Positions 28,726-38,684 of a stretch of 64,000 nt of DNA are shown here, one piece after another (positions within the stretch are counted from its first letter, which is position 1; each line of letters opens with the position of its first letter). The notes beneath the pieces are model-generated. The model was not told where the DNA came from. It made no database searches and saw only the letters and a list, made by a program, of their open reading frames with translations. A program made the position numbers and the translations under genes. The stretch is from Minisyncoccota bacterium (GTDB lineage: Bacteria; Patescibacteriota; Minisyncoccia; Phycocordibacterales; UBA5272). The DNA lies in contig JBAZJW010000003.1 of assembly GCA_041651055.1 (NCBI GenBank), positions 18,089 through 82,088 of the forward strand, in the 5' to 3' direction.

Positions 28726-29381
28726 TTTAAATACTCTTGTAGAAATCTGACTCTGCTTTCATAATCTTCATCTATGAGAAGCAATGATGAGGGGATCTTT
28801 GAGTTGTCATGGATACAGGCATAGGATTCACGGACCTCTTGGTTAAAGAATTCCTTTAGTTCCATGTTGCGAGCGCACTTCTCATGGATATAGATGCCAT
28901 GAGTGTTGACTCCTTCAATTATGTTTGAGATGATTGGGTAATAACGGCAGATCTCAGGTCTGCAGGAATACACAGAACATCTGGAGTCCTTGGTAAAAGG
29001 ACATGGAGAACACTTCATATTGAATGTGTTGTCACTATCACTCTTCTTCACAGGAGAGATTCTATACAAATACATAAGGCGGGATTCAGTGATACCAAGG
29101 GAATCTGAGAGTCTTATGATGTCTTTGTCAGTCATACCGAGATTGTCGGGAGCAATGCAGCATAGACCACATCCTTTGCATTTGACTTTTGGATCAGTGA
29201 GAAGCTTGTATAAGACCATTGCTATGTAGTGGTCGGTTTGGAATGGGAAAGGAGCGAAGAAGGTTCCATCTATTTGGAGGATAGAATCAAGATAATCTTC
29301 CAGTTGCTCATCTGATATGGTGTGGAGATCGACTGGGGGGAATACTGGTTCTCCTATCTTGCGATTCTGTAGTGCTTTCAT
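28722..29381 (-). CDS. YkgJ-family (CxxCxxCC) putative Fe-S/zinc-cluster protein
   Basis: KVKCKGCGLCCIAPD plus downstream CSPCPF...CSVYSCRPEIC, as in UPF0153/YkgJ. Confidence 0.4.
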   Translation of the reverse strand: MKALQNRKIGEPVFPPVDLHTISDEQLEDYLDSILQIDGTFFAPFPFQTDHYIAMVLYKLLTDPKVKCKGCGLCCIAPDNLGMTDKDIIRLSDSLGITESRLMYLYRISPVKKSDSDNTFNMKCSPCPFTKDSRCSVYSCRPEICRYYPIISNIIEGVNTHGIYIHEKCARNMELKEFFNQEVRESYACIHDNSKIPSSLLLIDEDYESRVRFLQEYLK

Positions 29382-29776
29382 TTTTGTCTTGATGTCTCTA
29401 CAAGTTTTATCAATTCAGGATTCTCATAGATATTACCAAGGATAGTTAATTTATCTCCAGGTCTTGCCAGATTAGCCATTGGAAACCAGCTACCATATCT
29501 GTAGACTCCGAAGAAGCCAGTTATGTATTTCACTTCAGATAAATAGCAGTAACTTACAATATCATTGGACATCTTTATCTGAAGAATATCCCCTTCAAAT
29601 ATCTTTGAGTCTGTTTTGTCAAGGAAACCTGTGTATTGCATCAGATGGATTTGATTATATCCGATGTAGTGTCCTATATGCTCAAAGAATCGTCTTAATT
29701 CATGTATGTTCTTTTGAGAAGGACATACCATCTCTTTGGTTTTATCATTCCAGTATCTAAAAGTTGGAAGGCTCAT
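29378..29776 (-). CDS. YopX-family phage protein
   Basis: C-terminal LTILGNIYENPELIK is the YopX signature (IGNIYENPELL). Confidence 0.5.
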   Translation of the reverse strand: MSLPTFRYWNDKTKEMVCPSQKNIHELRRFFEHIGHYIGYNQIHLMQYTGFLDKTDSKIFEGDILQIKMSNDIVSYCYLSEVKYITGFFGVYRYGSWFPMANLARPGDKLTILGNIYENPELIKLVETSRQK

Positions 29777-29964
29777 TTCATATACCTCGCTTTATTGACT
29801 TCATTTGTGAGTATTTCTGTTGTGGAACGAAGAGAGTTCACAAGAGAGTCGAGGGTTTCGATGTCTTGAGAACTTATTAATTCAGAGATAGTGGATCTCT
29901 TATTCTTTATCCTTATGAATAGTTCACTGTTAGGATATACTGTAATGCTTGTTGTGTGGTTCAT
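29773..29964 (-). CDS. hypothetical protein
   Basis: ORF in overlapping operon. Confidence 0.3.
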   Translation of the reverse strand: MNHTTSITVYPNSELFIRIKNKRSTISELISSQDIETLDSLVNSLRSTTEILTNEVNKARYMK

Positions 29965-30563
29965 TGTTCAGAGTAAATTTCATCAAGTGTTTTCAACTGT
30001 TGATTGATGCTGAATTTAGTGTCTTTGAAGTGTTTCTTTAATACTGCATACTGGGTTGGATTCATTCTTCCGTCAAGTGTCAGGATTGTGTGTTCACATA
30101 TTCTTCTAATAACTATCCATCCTCTCTTCATCAAGTAATCAGTATCATTGCGCTCTTCAGTATCTGGATTGGTGTATTCTATGTATGAGTTGATGAATAT
30201 TCTATGATCTCCATAAGGGACGTTGTACCATTCACCAGATGGGGGCATCAGTACTTCTTCATTTCTTTCATCAGTGCAGGAAGCTATCTGAGCAGTCCAC
30301 AGGTAAGGACCAACTTGAGCTATCTCACGAACCAGTGCTCTCTTGTATTGTTCTCCGAATTTGGGATTAGAAGCTAAGACAGCAGCAGTTACGTTTCCAT
30401 CTAAGAATCCATATAATCTATCTGCAGGCTTGGAATCCTTCGCATAACAAGGGAGATCTATGTTAAAGCCTCCAAAGCAACACTTATTAGATAGACAATA
30501 CTTGCATGATTTATCTTCACAAATCCCTTGACACTTAGTTGCTCTTTTCATCTTATTCACCAT
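29961..30563 (-). CDS. hypothetical protein with Cys-rich N-terminus
   Basis: CQGICEDKSCKYCLSNKCC. Confidence 0.35.
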   Translation of the reverse strand: MVNKMKRATKCQGICEDKSCKYCLSNKCCFGGFNIDLPCYAKDSKPADRLYGFLDGNVTAAVLASNPKFGEQYKRALVREIAQVGPYLWTAQIASCTDERNEEVLMPPSGEWYNVPYGDHRIFINSYIEYTNPDTEERNDTDYLMKRGWIVIRRICEHTILTLDGRMNPTQYAVLKKHFKDTKFSINQQLKTLDEIYSEQ

Positions 30564-30744
30564 TCAATTGCTTTCCTGCTAGTTTGATCAATGCTTTCAC
30601 TGTTCTTCCTTTGTTGTCTAAGATGTGTTCGTCAACCCACATGGCAGTGAATAGCTTGATGTTCAATGCTTCCATAGGAGGGAGAGAACCGCTTTCGATC
30701 TTGGCTGCTATGTCCTTGAATGTTTGGATGTAGGATTGGTCCAT
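30553..30744 (-). CDS. hypothetical protein (start trimmed)
   Basis: longer ORF overlaps membrane-protein ORF upstream. Confidence 0.25.
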   Translation of the reverse strand: MDQSYIQTFKDIAAKIESGSLPPMEALNIKLFTAMWVDEHILDNKGRTVKALIKLAGKQLNGE

Positions 30745-30745
30745 G

Positions 30746-30928
30746 TTATTTGTTGGAGTATTCAAGAAGTTCTGTATATAAGACAACAAAGGATATGATA
30801 ACACAGTATAGGAATGTGTTGAATTCTCCATATGTTGTTAGAGAGATTTGCATCATTCCCACTATAAGATAACTCCATATAATTGATAGTATGAATGATA
30901 TGATGAGACAGGAGAGTTTGTGTTTCAT
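30746..30928 (-). CDS. small membrane protein
   Basis: two TM helices. Confidence 0.3.
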   Translation of the reverse strand: MKHKLSCLIISFILSIIWSYLIVGMMQISLTTYGEFNTFLYCVIISFVVLYTELLEYSNK

Positions 30929-31067
30929 CTTAATTGGCGAATTTTTAATTCCTTTAGTATTTCATCAGCAAAATCTTTATCACTTTGATCATTGGATTTT
31001 CTAGTTTCATTTAATAATACAATCAAATCCATGTCGCTCAATTCTTTAAGGTAAGGAAATTCCATTT

Positions 31068-31349
31068 TTATACTAATCTATTTAGTAAGAAATCCAATCC
31101 ATATGAAGCTACTCTTATTATATCTTTTACATCTGTAAGAGGTTTATATTTTCCATCTTTAAAATCAGTTAATTGAAGAAAACAAGATTCGCTTTTCATT
31201 GTAGATTTTCTAACAAGAGTCATTTTGATGCCATTTCCTGTTGGTAGAAAATCGAGAATCAGATCCTCATTTAAAGAATCAGGAAGGTTTTTATCTTTCA
31301 ATTGCTTCTTCAACCATTCTTTAATTAAAGATTCTTTTGTGGTTGTCAT
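31068..31349 (-). CDS. hypothetical protein
   Basis: ORF in overlapping operon. Confidence 0.3.
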   Translation of the reverse strand: MTTTKESLIKEWLKKQLKDKNLPDSLNEDLILDFLPTGNGIKMTLVRKSTMKSESCFLQLTDFKDGKYKPLTDVKDIIRVASYGLDFLLNRLV

Positions 31350-31768
31350 GGTCCTTTGTATTCTGTCAACGCTTTCATGAATGGTTCTTTTAAATAATTT
31401 GAACCAACAGAAACAATGCCTTCAGAGTCAAGTTTGTCAAGCCAAGATTCTAAAAATTCATCCCATAGTCTTTCACGCTTTATGTAGTCAGTTGCTTTGA
31501 TGTCTTTGTTGTAGTATAGGAGTTCACCTATTTCGATCTCTGATATAGGGAGAGAAGGTTCAAATGGGATATCATCATGGTCTCGCATCACCTGAGTGGA
31601 TCTGTATTGAGAAAGGATGGAGAATGATTTGATGCTGAACTTGGCTCTCTGTCCATTCTCATCTGTGAGTTCAATAGAAGAGAATTGGCGGAACTCATGT
31701 GTCTTTTTGCAGTCAAGAATTTGATTTAAATACTTTGATTTGATTGTGGCTTGTAGTTCCATTTTCAT
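31346..31768 (-). CDS. hypothetical protein
   Basis: ORF in overlapping operon. Confidence 0.3.
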   Translation of the reverse strand: MKMELQATIKSKYLNQILDCKKTHEFRQFSSIELTDENGQRAKFSIKSFSILSQYRSTQVMRDHDDIPFEPSLPISEIEIGELLYYNKDIKATDYIKRERLWDEFLESWLDKLDSEGIVSVGSNYLKEPFMKALTEYKGP

Positions 31769-32160
31769 AGTTCTCTTGAATATCTATATAAACATCCATG
31801 GGATGTTTTAATAACAAAATCAAATATTAATATCTTATGCTCTAGAGCAGTTAGGGGATCTGAAGATTCAAACAGTTGATAATCAATAACCTTTGCAATT
31901 TTTATTTCATCAGGAAATGGAGGTTCAGTAATATAAATTTCTCTCTCAAACCGTTCACTTATAGGTATCTCATTGTACTCTTTTTCAGAATTATATAAGA
32001 GTAAAGAAATATTATGTATAGCTTCAATACTCTGTTTTTCCTCAGAAAGATCATTTAAATAGTTAAGAGTATATCTATAATTATTTACTTCTTTTAAATG
32101 TTTTTGATAGTATCGTTCATAAACATCAACTGGATTTATCTTTTTCATTTTAGATTGCAT
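31765..32160 (-). CDS. hypothetical protein
   Basis: ORF in overlapping operon. Confidence 0.3.
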   Translation of the reverse strand: MQSKMKKINPVDVYERYYQKHLKEVNNYRYTLNYLNDLSEEKQSIEAIHNISLLLYNSEKEYNEIPISERFEREIYITEPPFPDEIKIAKVIDYQLFESSDPLTALEHKILIFDFVIKTSHGCLYRYSREL

Positions 32161-32407
32161 TAAACTCGTTAACTATCTCCCCAGTCTTAGAATTATAATA
32201 GAACCAATTATTAGTCCAGTTCCAAGGATCACCTGTTTTAGCTATCTCCACATATATTGTCCACCATTCCTTGCTTTTAACTCTACTTGCAGTAAAATAA
32301 GATATCTCAATTATTTCATATCCTCCAGGAACGATCTTTAGAATATCCTTTCTGAAATTCCTGAGAGCATAAGGCTTGAACCAATATAAGTATTTTAAGT
32401 ATTCCAT
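32150..32407 (-). CDS. hypothetical protein
   Basis: ORF in overlapping operon. Confidence 0.3.
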   Translation of the reverse strand: MEYLKYLYWFKPYALRNFRKDILKIVPGGYEIIEISYFTASRVKSKEWWTIYVEIAKTGDPWNWTNNWFYYNSKTGEIVNEFNAI

Positions 32408-32409
32408 CT

Positions 32410-32622
32410 TTATTCATAGATTAACATGTCAGGATCGCAGGCTTGAGGAGTTGGATTCAGAATGCAGACTCCATCATAACAGTGATAGAATCTTACAAAT
32501 ACATACTTGGAATTGGTGGATGTGATGATACCGCGCTCACAGTCCTTATGCAACTTGTCTCCTTTAGCATGGTGAGGGATGTAGATCACTGAGAGACCTG
32601 GTTCAAAGTCAGATGAGTTCAT
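32410..32622 (-). CDS. hypothetical protein
   Basis: ORF in overlapping operon. Confidence 0.3.
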   Translation of the reverse strand: MNSSDFEPGLSVIYIPHHAKGDKLHKDCERGIITSTNSKYVFVRFYHCYDGVCILNPTPQACDPDMLIYE

Positions 32623-32864
32623 TTTGTTTTCTCTAAGACTATAAGCTCTATAAAATCTATATCAGAAGAATGAATCTCTTTAATGTAATACCCATTCAAA
32701 TTAAGATAATCAAGAAGATAGAAACCCCTTAGTATCTTAAGTTCAGAAGGTATCCTTATTATGAAGTGATCTGGATTTATGTAAGATACACTGACTCGTG
32801 GAGTTACACTAAGAGAAGAAATACAAAGTTCTTCCAATCTTTCTATGTGTTCTGCAGTATTCAT
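32619..32864 (-). CDS. hypothetical protein
   Basis: ORF in overlapping operon. Confidence 0.3.
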   Translation of the reverse strand: MNTAEHIERLEELCISSLSVTPRVSVSYINPDHFIIRIPSELKILRGFYLLDYLNLNGYYIKEIHSSDIDFIELIVLEKTK

Positions 32865-33130
32865 TTCTTTCTACGGCTCAAAGAGAACTTGGTTACAATG
32901 CCTAAGTTCATGAGCATTGATTGGGAGACATAATGAGGTTGGACAAGTTCTTCAATATCATAAGTTGAGACAATATAATCGTTGATATCGTAGTGATTGT
33001 CAATAACCCACCAATCATCGGAAGTTCCTTGGATGACTCCCATACCATGATTGAGTTTTTCTTTACCGAAAAATATGGATGTTTTCTTTAGCTTTATGAG
33101 ATCCCCTATTTTATACTTTCGCTTTGTCAT
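32861..33130 (-). CDS. hypothetical protein (start trimmed to MTKRKYK)
   Basis: N-terminal 45 codons of the track ORF overlap the next gene in another frame and look non-coding. Confidence 0.3.
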   Translation of the reverse strand: MTKRKYKIGDLIKLKKTSIFFGKEKLNHGMGVIQGTSDDWWVIDNHYDINDYIVSTYDIEELVQPHYVSQSMLMNLGIVTKFSLSRRKK

Positions 33131-33371
33131 TTTGCAGTTTTGATTCCAATTGGTTGACACGCTGTTGGAATGCTTTAGATTTACGTTCCAGTGTAGCATA
33201 CTCAAGCATCCTTTTGTTCTTAGCCCATGCAAGCTTAGACTCAAGGATATTGATGTTAGAGTCAAGGTTGGAAATAGAGGTATTGCGTCTTACAATATTG
33301 TTGAATTGTCTCAGAAGGGATTCCCTATCAGCGTCGGAGTTACATGCCTTCAATAATCTATCAAGGTCCAT
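33111..33371 (-). CDS. coiled-coil protein
   Basis: heptad-rich. Confidence 0.35.
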   Translation of the reverse strand: MDLDRLLKACNSDADRESLLRQFNNIVRRNTSISNLDSNINILESKLAWAKNKRMLEYATLERKSKAFQQRVNQLESKLQNDKAKV

Positions 33372-33856
33372 TACTTTTTGAATCCAATATCAGTTGCTAC
33401 TGTGTCCTTTACTTTGTCGTAGGTAGCTTCAAGGAGGAAGTAACCTGCGATGTCTTGGATGGTGTCATAGGTGGATTCATTGGAAACTTCCTGCTGCTTG
33501 TTGGAGAGGGTTGTAAGTCTCATCAGTTTTTCCCATAACCTCATCAATAAGTAATTAGGGCCGAGTATTTTGCGGAGCTTATAGTAGGCTGAACCATAGT
33601 CGGAGTCCTTCTTCCTTACGAGCTCTGCAAGGTCAATGGCCTCGGAGATGAAGGGGTTGTAGTCCATGATGTTTTTGGAGAGCCAAGGGCATACCTTATC
33701 CAGTTCATTCTTGGTTAATCCTGAGTTGTAGGAGAAAGCAGTACCTATGTTTCCATTGGTTTTTAATACAATAACCATACCTGTTCTCCCATCAATCAAT
33801 TCTTGAACATCCCTCTTTATATCCTCTTTAGATACTCTTTTAAATTGTGTGTCCAT
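33371..33856 (-). CDS. hypothetical protein
   Basis: ORF in array. Confidence 0.35.
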   Translation of the reverse strand: MDTQFKRVSKEDIKRDVQELIDGRTGMVIVLKTNGNIGTAFSYNSGLTKNELDKVCPWLSKNIMDYNPFISEAIDLAELVRKKDSDYGSAYYKLRKILGPNYLLMRLWEKLMRLTTLSNKQQEVSNESTYDTIQDIAGYFLLEATYDKVKDTVATDIGFKK

Positions 33857-33998
33857 TTTTATATTAAGTTACCTAGATTGAAGTGGATCCATAGGGCTCT
33901 ACCAACAAGGAAGAAGAATACAAGGAGCCCAAGTTGAACTAATACAAGCAGAATCCATCCATAGTTAGAAAACCATTCCATTATACTATTCTTAAGGT

Positions 33999-34226
33999 TC
34001 ATTTTAGTTCATCTGCTTTAGAAAACAACTCCTTTATCATCCTTACAATCTCAGCCTTAATTATGTCAGGCAGGTCTACTATTTGCTCGACAACAGGTGC
34101 TGCGATTATCATTGCCCTGCTTAAAAGTAACCCATCTGTAGGTTTTTTATATACAATTGTTATTTGTATCTCTCCTTTCTTTAGAAAAGATTCAACTAAT
34201 TTGTTCTTGTTATTATTTGAGTTCAT
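33999..34226 (-). CDS. hypothetical protein
   Basis: ORF in array. Confidence 0.3.
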   Translation of the reverse strand: MNSNNNKNKLVESFLKKGEIQITIVYKKPTDGLLLSRAMIIAAPVVEQIVDLPDIIKAEIVRMIKELFSKADELK

Positions 34227-34251
34227 TTTAATTTGAAATTAGTGTAAGTAT

Positions 34252-34671
34252 TTATGAGAGCTTCCTTATATACTTACGCTTTAATATCTGAATCCAGCTT
34301 AACTCATAACATTCGACTCCAGATGGGAATCTGTTAGCTCGCTTGTGTTCTCCTTTTATCATGCCATCCACCTCTCTCCAGGATAATATCAATGGCATTC
34401 TTATCCTGGGAGATTGGAGGGATTTACCTATGAAAATATAATAGAAGGTGTCTGGGTGTTTGATGTTGTTGTGGGTGTTGGCATTGATCTTGACCTTGCC
34501 TACCTGCTTTCTTTTTGTTCCAGTGTAAAAGTAAAATGATTTGATTTCGATCTTGAATTTACCAAGATCGATGTCATGGTCGTCAAATTCAGAGGTAAGA
34601 GTACCGCGAAGCATGGCACCAATGAACTGCTCTATCTCAGTGCCTTCTGCTTTGTTATCTTTGATTGTCAT
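34252..34671 (-). CDS. hypothetical protein, possible PD-(D/E)xK nuclease
   Basis: DIDLGKFKIEIKS resembles a D..E.K nuclease core. Confidence 0.25.
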   Translation of the reverse strand: MTIKDNKAEGTEIEQFIGAMLRGTLTSEFDDHDIDLGKFKIEIKSFYFYTGTKRKQVGKVKINANTHNNIKHPDTFYYIFIGKSLQSPRIRMPLILSWREVDGMIKGEHKRANRFPSGVECYELSWIQILKRKYIRKLS

Positions 34672-34848
34672 CCTCTCTCTTTGTACTTTACACGCAGTCT
34701 ATTAGCAGCTAGACATATTGCTTCATCTAAATCATTTTTAGAATCAAGTAATTCCTTCTGAAGTTCTTCTATGATCTCTTCTTTGCGTAACAACTCAGCC
34801 TTTAAATCAGCTATCAATTGTTCAGTAGGTGTTAGAGATGCCATTGTA

Positions 34849-35151
34849 TTAGATTATCTTGTGGAAATATAGGTCAATTAAGTCAATGAGAGATACTTGA
34901 ATTGATCCTCCTTCATCGTACCTAATCAAGTTGTCAAATAGAAAACTTAGAGGATGAGTGTTGTCATCTTCACATTCAATACTGTACTGCTCTCCAAGTT
35001 CTACAAGTTTGTTATTCCAGGATTTAAGACCATCACGCACTTCTTCCAGTAATTGGATGCGGTCAGAGTAATTAAGATCATATATGGTTGGTTGTTCAAA
35101 TCCAAGCTCAAGTAGTTTCTCAAGAACCTCATCCAATGTTTTAGAGTCCAT
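34849..35151 (-). CDS. hypothetical acidic protein
   Basis: ORF in array. Confidence 0.3.
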   Translation of the reverse strand: MDSKTLDEVLEKLLELGFEQPTIYDLNYSDRIQLLEEVRDGLKSWNNKLVELGEQYSIECEDDNTHPLSFLFDNLIRYDEGGSIQVSLIDLIDLYFHKII

Positions 35152-35170
35152 TGTTCATGCATTTATGGAA

Positions 35171-35431
35171 TCATTTGTATACTAGGAATCTTATGATCCT
35201 AATAAAAAGACCAAACAGGATGCTATGTAATACTAATTTAAGGATGCTAGTGTAGTGATAAATATTAAAAATAGATAGGACAAGAAGAAAGATAAGGCCG
35301 AAGAATGAGTAAATTGTGATAACAAACAGGAAGATAAGAAGAATTATAAGACAAAGTAAAAGCCCAATTGCAGATCCAATTATAGTAGTTGCCAATATAT
35401 CAGATAATGTTTCCTTGGTTGTGTCGTCCAT
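35171..35431 (-). CDS. small membrane protein
   Basis: two TM helices. Confidence 0.3.
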   Translation of the reverse strand: MDDTTKETLSDILATTIIGSAIGLLLCLIILLIFLFVITIYSFFGLIFLLVLSIFNIYHYTSILKLVLHSILFGLFIRIIRFLVYK

Positions 35432-35465
35432 TTTGATTTTATTTGATCAATTGATTGTATGATTC

Positions 35466-35918
35466 CTACAAAAGTCCAATCTTATCCAACTGTTGTCTAT
35501 TTAATCTTGCGGTTGCTTTAGTATTATTGAAAGCCTTCTGTAATTTCTTCAATACCAGGATGGATGAATGAAGGGGTCTTTTTCCATTAAACTTAAAATC
35601 ATTACAAATAGATCTGGAATGACTGCTAATTGGAAATTTTGGATTCTTAAGAAGAAGCAAGTATAAGAGAGAACCGCACAATAAGTTCTTACCACCTGAA
35701 AACTTTATCGACCTACACTCACCAGATGTTAATAGATTAAAAAGATCAGAACGATAAGAAGAATATTTAGACGGAAGGAAGTTATCAAGGTAAGTATTAA
35801 CAAGAGCAGTCCTTCTACGATTACTTAAGGCTACCATATATCCTTTCTTACGCTCAGGATTATTACGACACCACTCCTTAAGATAAGCATTCAATTCTTC
35901 CCTAGACTTAGGAGCCAT
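35466..35918 (-). CDS. hypothetical basic protein; first gene of the - strand array
   Basis: followed upstream by a 500-bp AT-rich divergent promoter region. Confidence 0.35.
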   Translation of the reverse strand: MAPKSREELNAYLKEWCRNNPERKKGYMVALSNRRRTALVNTYLDNFLPSKYSSYRSDLFNLLTSGECRSIKFSGGKNLLCGSLLYLLLLKNPKFPISSHSRSICNDFKFNGKRPLHSSILVLKKLQKAFNNTKATARLNRQQLDKIGLL

Positions 35919-36419
35919 AATATTAGATTTAGAAACTAAAGTATAAATAGATAAGCAGTATTTATAGTTGAAAGAGTATGATAATATTAGAGGAATCCTG
36001 CAAAGCCTCGTGTCGGTTATAACATTGGTAGGTTATAAAATTGGGTCACTGGCTAGTTCCTTGTGTTCATCTAGTCCAGTGATCCTCATATTAGAATCAA
36101 GCATATATAAAATCAATCATATCTGTTTGTTTTTTCAATAAGGGATTCAAGCCTTAGAAGTTTGAAATCAATAGTCCTCTGGATATCTTTGAATACGTTG
36201 CGATCTGGATTGATAGCGCATAATATCGTGGTGCTGATTCACGAAATGCACGAACTAGGGATAAAGCCAGATTTTAAAAATATATCATTATAATGTACTA
36301 TTTTTTATAAAAACATATTGATTTATTAACCCTTGTGTGCTATAATATATTTGTTTGATACCCGCTATCGTTACTGTAACAGTGATGATAGGCTTAGATT
36401 ACCGTTACATCTGTATATA

Positions 36420-36752
36420 ATGGCTTCTAGTGACAAAGTTGCTATATTTATTGATTCGGGCTATTTTAACAAAGCCTTAGAGGAATTTGCCGAAGAGGTA
36501 AATGGTAGGAGGAAGTTACCTAGGATAGATTTTGGTAAAATCGGATCTGTCTTAGCAGAAATAGTAAACGCTGATTTATTTAGGGTATATTTTTATGATT
36601 GCCGCCCATTTCAAAGCAGCCCGCCAACACCCGAAGAAAGCACTAAATTTGCTTTAAATGACCGATTTCTCAAAGCACTAACTCGTATTCCTCGTTTTGT
36701 TGTTCGTGAAGGAAGACTTAATCGTTATACCGTAGTATGCAAGAAATGTAAT
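36420..36752 (+). pseudogene. N-terminal half of a LabA/NYN-domain gene, interrupted at ~36751
   Basis: KVAIFIDSGYF (NYN kvavfiDgeN), FRVYFYDC, RFVVREGRL; homology stops where GC-rich DNA begins. Confidence 0.55.
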
Positions 36753-37036
36753 AGGGCAGGGTGCCGGTTGTCTTCGGGTATAATATTTACTGCATGCTGG
36801 GCCGTAAGACCGGGAAGTTGCTTGCCCATAATGGGTTGTATGTTAAGAGTTTAAGCGTCGGATGGGCCGAATTAAAGAGGGATTTCTCCGGGTACGCAGT
36901 CAACGGGACTGCCTTGAATGCATCGCTGGATACGGGTAAGTCTTCCGTACAATAGAAGTTTTTGTGGGTATTCGTCCTCAGGCAGTTATAGTCGAGGGCA
37001 AAAGTTGTCCACAGACATGCCCTTAAGGGCAACTAG
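36751..37036 (+). ncRNA. RNase P RNA-like fragment lacking the 5' ~70 nt (P1-P4 5' strand)
   Basis: AUAGGGCAGGGUGCC (15/15 identical to the E. coli M1 RNA P5/P5.1 region), then GGCCGUAAGACCGGG, CUGCCUUGAAUGCAUCGCUGG, and UGUCCACAGACAUGCCCUUAAGG resembling the M1 RNA P4 3' strand UGUCCACGACAGAACCCGGCUUA, in the canonical order; followed by an oligo-T at 37039-37045. Confidence 0.45.
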
Positions 37037-37781
37037 CCTTTTTTTAAAAATCAGATTACGTGCCCTCGAATAGATTCGCGGCCGATAGCAGTCTAAATGC
37101 ATTTAAGGCATTTGCCTTTTTGCACAATTTATGGCCACGATTATGTCCAAATCAGCGTTTTTAAGCTCTTTTGTATCATTATCCGGTTTGCCTTAGGCTG
37201 TGGGTTCTTTCCGCCTTGCAGCAGCCGAGGTCATATTATAGTGCAGGAGATAACTTTCCTGCGCCCGTCGAGCGCATGCCTGTCAGGCGGAAAATTTGTG
37301 CCTAGAGGCACATGCCCCTTGAGGGCAAAGTCCCTTTATCTCCCTGCACTTGTTTCAAGGGCCAAAATCTTAGGGGTATTCTGGTCCTCGACTATAGTTC
37401 TTCAGGTCTTTTGCCTGCCTATTTTACAACAGTTTTCCGGCATTTAGGGATTGAATAATCGTGGAGGGATAACTTTTCCCTCCTTAAGGCATTCCCTGCG
37501 AGCATCCCGAGTTTTTCGTGAAAGACCTTTGTTCTCCCGCGCTGGTTTCCAGTAGGCGGACTTGCCTGGAAGGCGTTCCTCTTTAAAGGCGCGAAAATTT
37601 AATCCTTGACTAAGTGTTTTCCCTGTCTGCTCGGGGTCTGCTTCGAACACTTTTTTTCTATGCCGATGAGCCGCATATTTTCCAGGGAACCTACAGAAAA
37701 AAATTTGTTAGACGCAACATATCTTTTATTATAAATATATTCCAGTAAACATGATATAAGGACATAGTCTTATATAGTAAC

Positions 37782-38228
37782 GTGACATTACTTTATTTTG
37801 CCTATGGCGCGAATATGAACCACAAGCACATGAAAGACGCGTGCTCTCAGAGCAGGTTCTTGAAGAGGGCTTTTCTGGAGGATCATAAGATAATATACGA
37901 CGGGTACTCGGATTACATGAGAAGAAGAGCAAGGGCCAATGTCATCAGCTCTGAGGGCAGTGTCGTGTGGGGCGGCCTGTATGAGATAAGCGAGACGGAC
38001 CTTGTATCGCTGGACGTATCGGAGTACGCGCCTAACTCATTCGACCGGAAGACAACCGTCGTCAAAGACGAGGACGGGAAGACATATGAGGTCATCGTCT
38101 ACCGCAGGGAAAAAAGGGAGTTGTGCGCGCCTTCTACGGAGTACAGGCAGACCATAATACAGGGAGCAAAAGACTGCAACCTCCCCCAGGGATATATAAG
38201 GGGGATAAGTTATAGAGTAAGCGGATGA
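37782..38228 (+). CDS. gamma-glutamyl cyclotransferase-like (AIG2/GGCT family) protein
   Basis: N-terminal LYFAYGANMN matches the YFAYGSNM family signature; upstream TATA-like TTTATTATAAATATATT at ~37725. Confidence 0.55.
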   Translation: MTLLYFAYGANMNHKHMKDACSQSRFLKRAFLEDHKIIYDGYSDYMRRRARANVISSEGSVVWGGLYEISETDLVSLDVSEYAPNSFDRKTTVVKDEDGKTYEVIVYRREKRELCAPSTEYRQTIIQGAKDCNLPQGYIRGISYRVSG

Positions 38229-38242
38229 TTATCAAAATCTGA

Positions 38243-38680
38243 TTACATGTATTTAGACTGGCTTTTAGTCTCCCGGGCAGTTGGCTCTTCCTCTGCAGGC
38301 ACCGGTTCTTCTACCTGGACATCATCGGCCGGTTCGTCTACAGGGTCGTCTTCCAGGTATTCATCCAGCCGGTAGAGCCAGCAGCATTTGCCGCATTCAA
38401 GTTCCAGTTCTCCCGCGCAGTTGCCGTTTGTCCCTTCCTGCATCACTATTTCCCCGTCTCTCACATATGCTGTTATCTTGTTCTGGCATTCGGGGTTCTC
38501 ACAGGTGAAAGACACTTTTTCCGCCTCGCACACAAGTTCCGGTTTATAGACCATGTTCTCATCCTCCGATAGATCTTCGTTTAGTATCGCTCTTTCTGCG
38601 CTCGTGTAGCTTCCATATCTCAAGACAAGATATAGAAGGTACGCAACGCCAACCAGGAAAAATAAGCTTCCCAAGTCCAT
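38243..38680 (-). CDS. hypothetical membrane-anchored acidic protein with Cys pairs
   Basis: N-terminal TM helix, CEAE...CENPEC...CAGELELECGKCC. Confidence 0.4.
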   Translation of the reverse strand: MDLGSLFFLVGVAYLLYLVLRYGSYTSAERAILNEDLSEDENMVYKPELVCEAEKVSFTCENPECQNKITAYVRDGEIVMQEGTNGNCAGELELECGKCCWLYRLDEYLEDDPVDEPADDVQVEEPVPAEEEPTARETKSQSKYM

Positions 38681-38684
38681 TAAA

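Noticed and set aside
36761-37650. Short ORFs 36761..36955 (+), 36787..37032 (-), 37097..37447 (+), 37444..37650 (-)
   Set aside because: They lie within the RNase P RNA-like, structured non-coding GC-rich tract. They have no coding periodicity or recognisable features.
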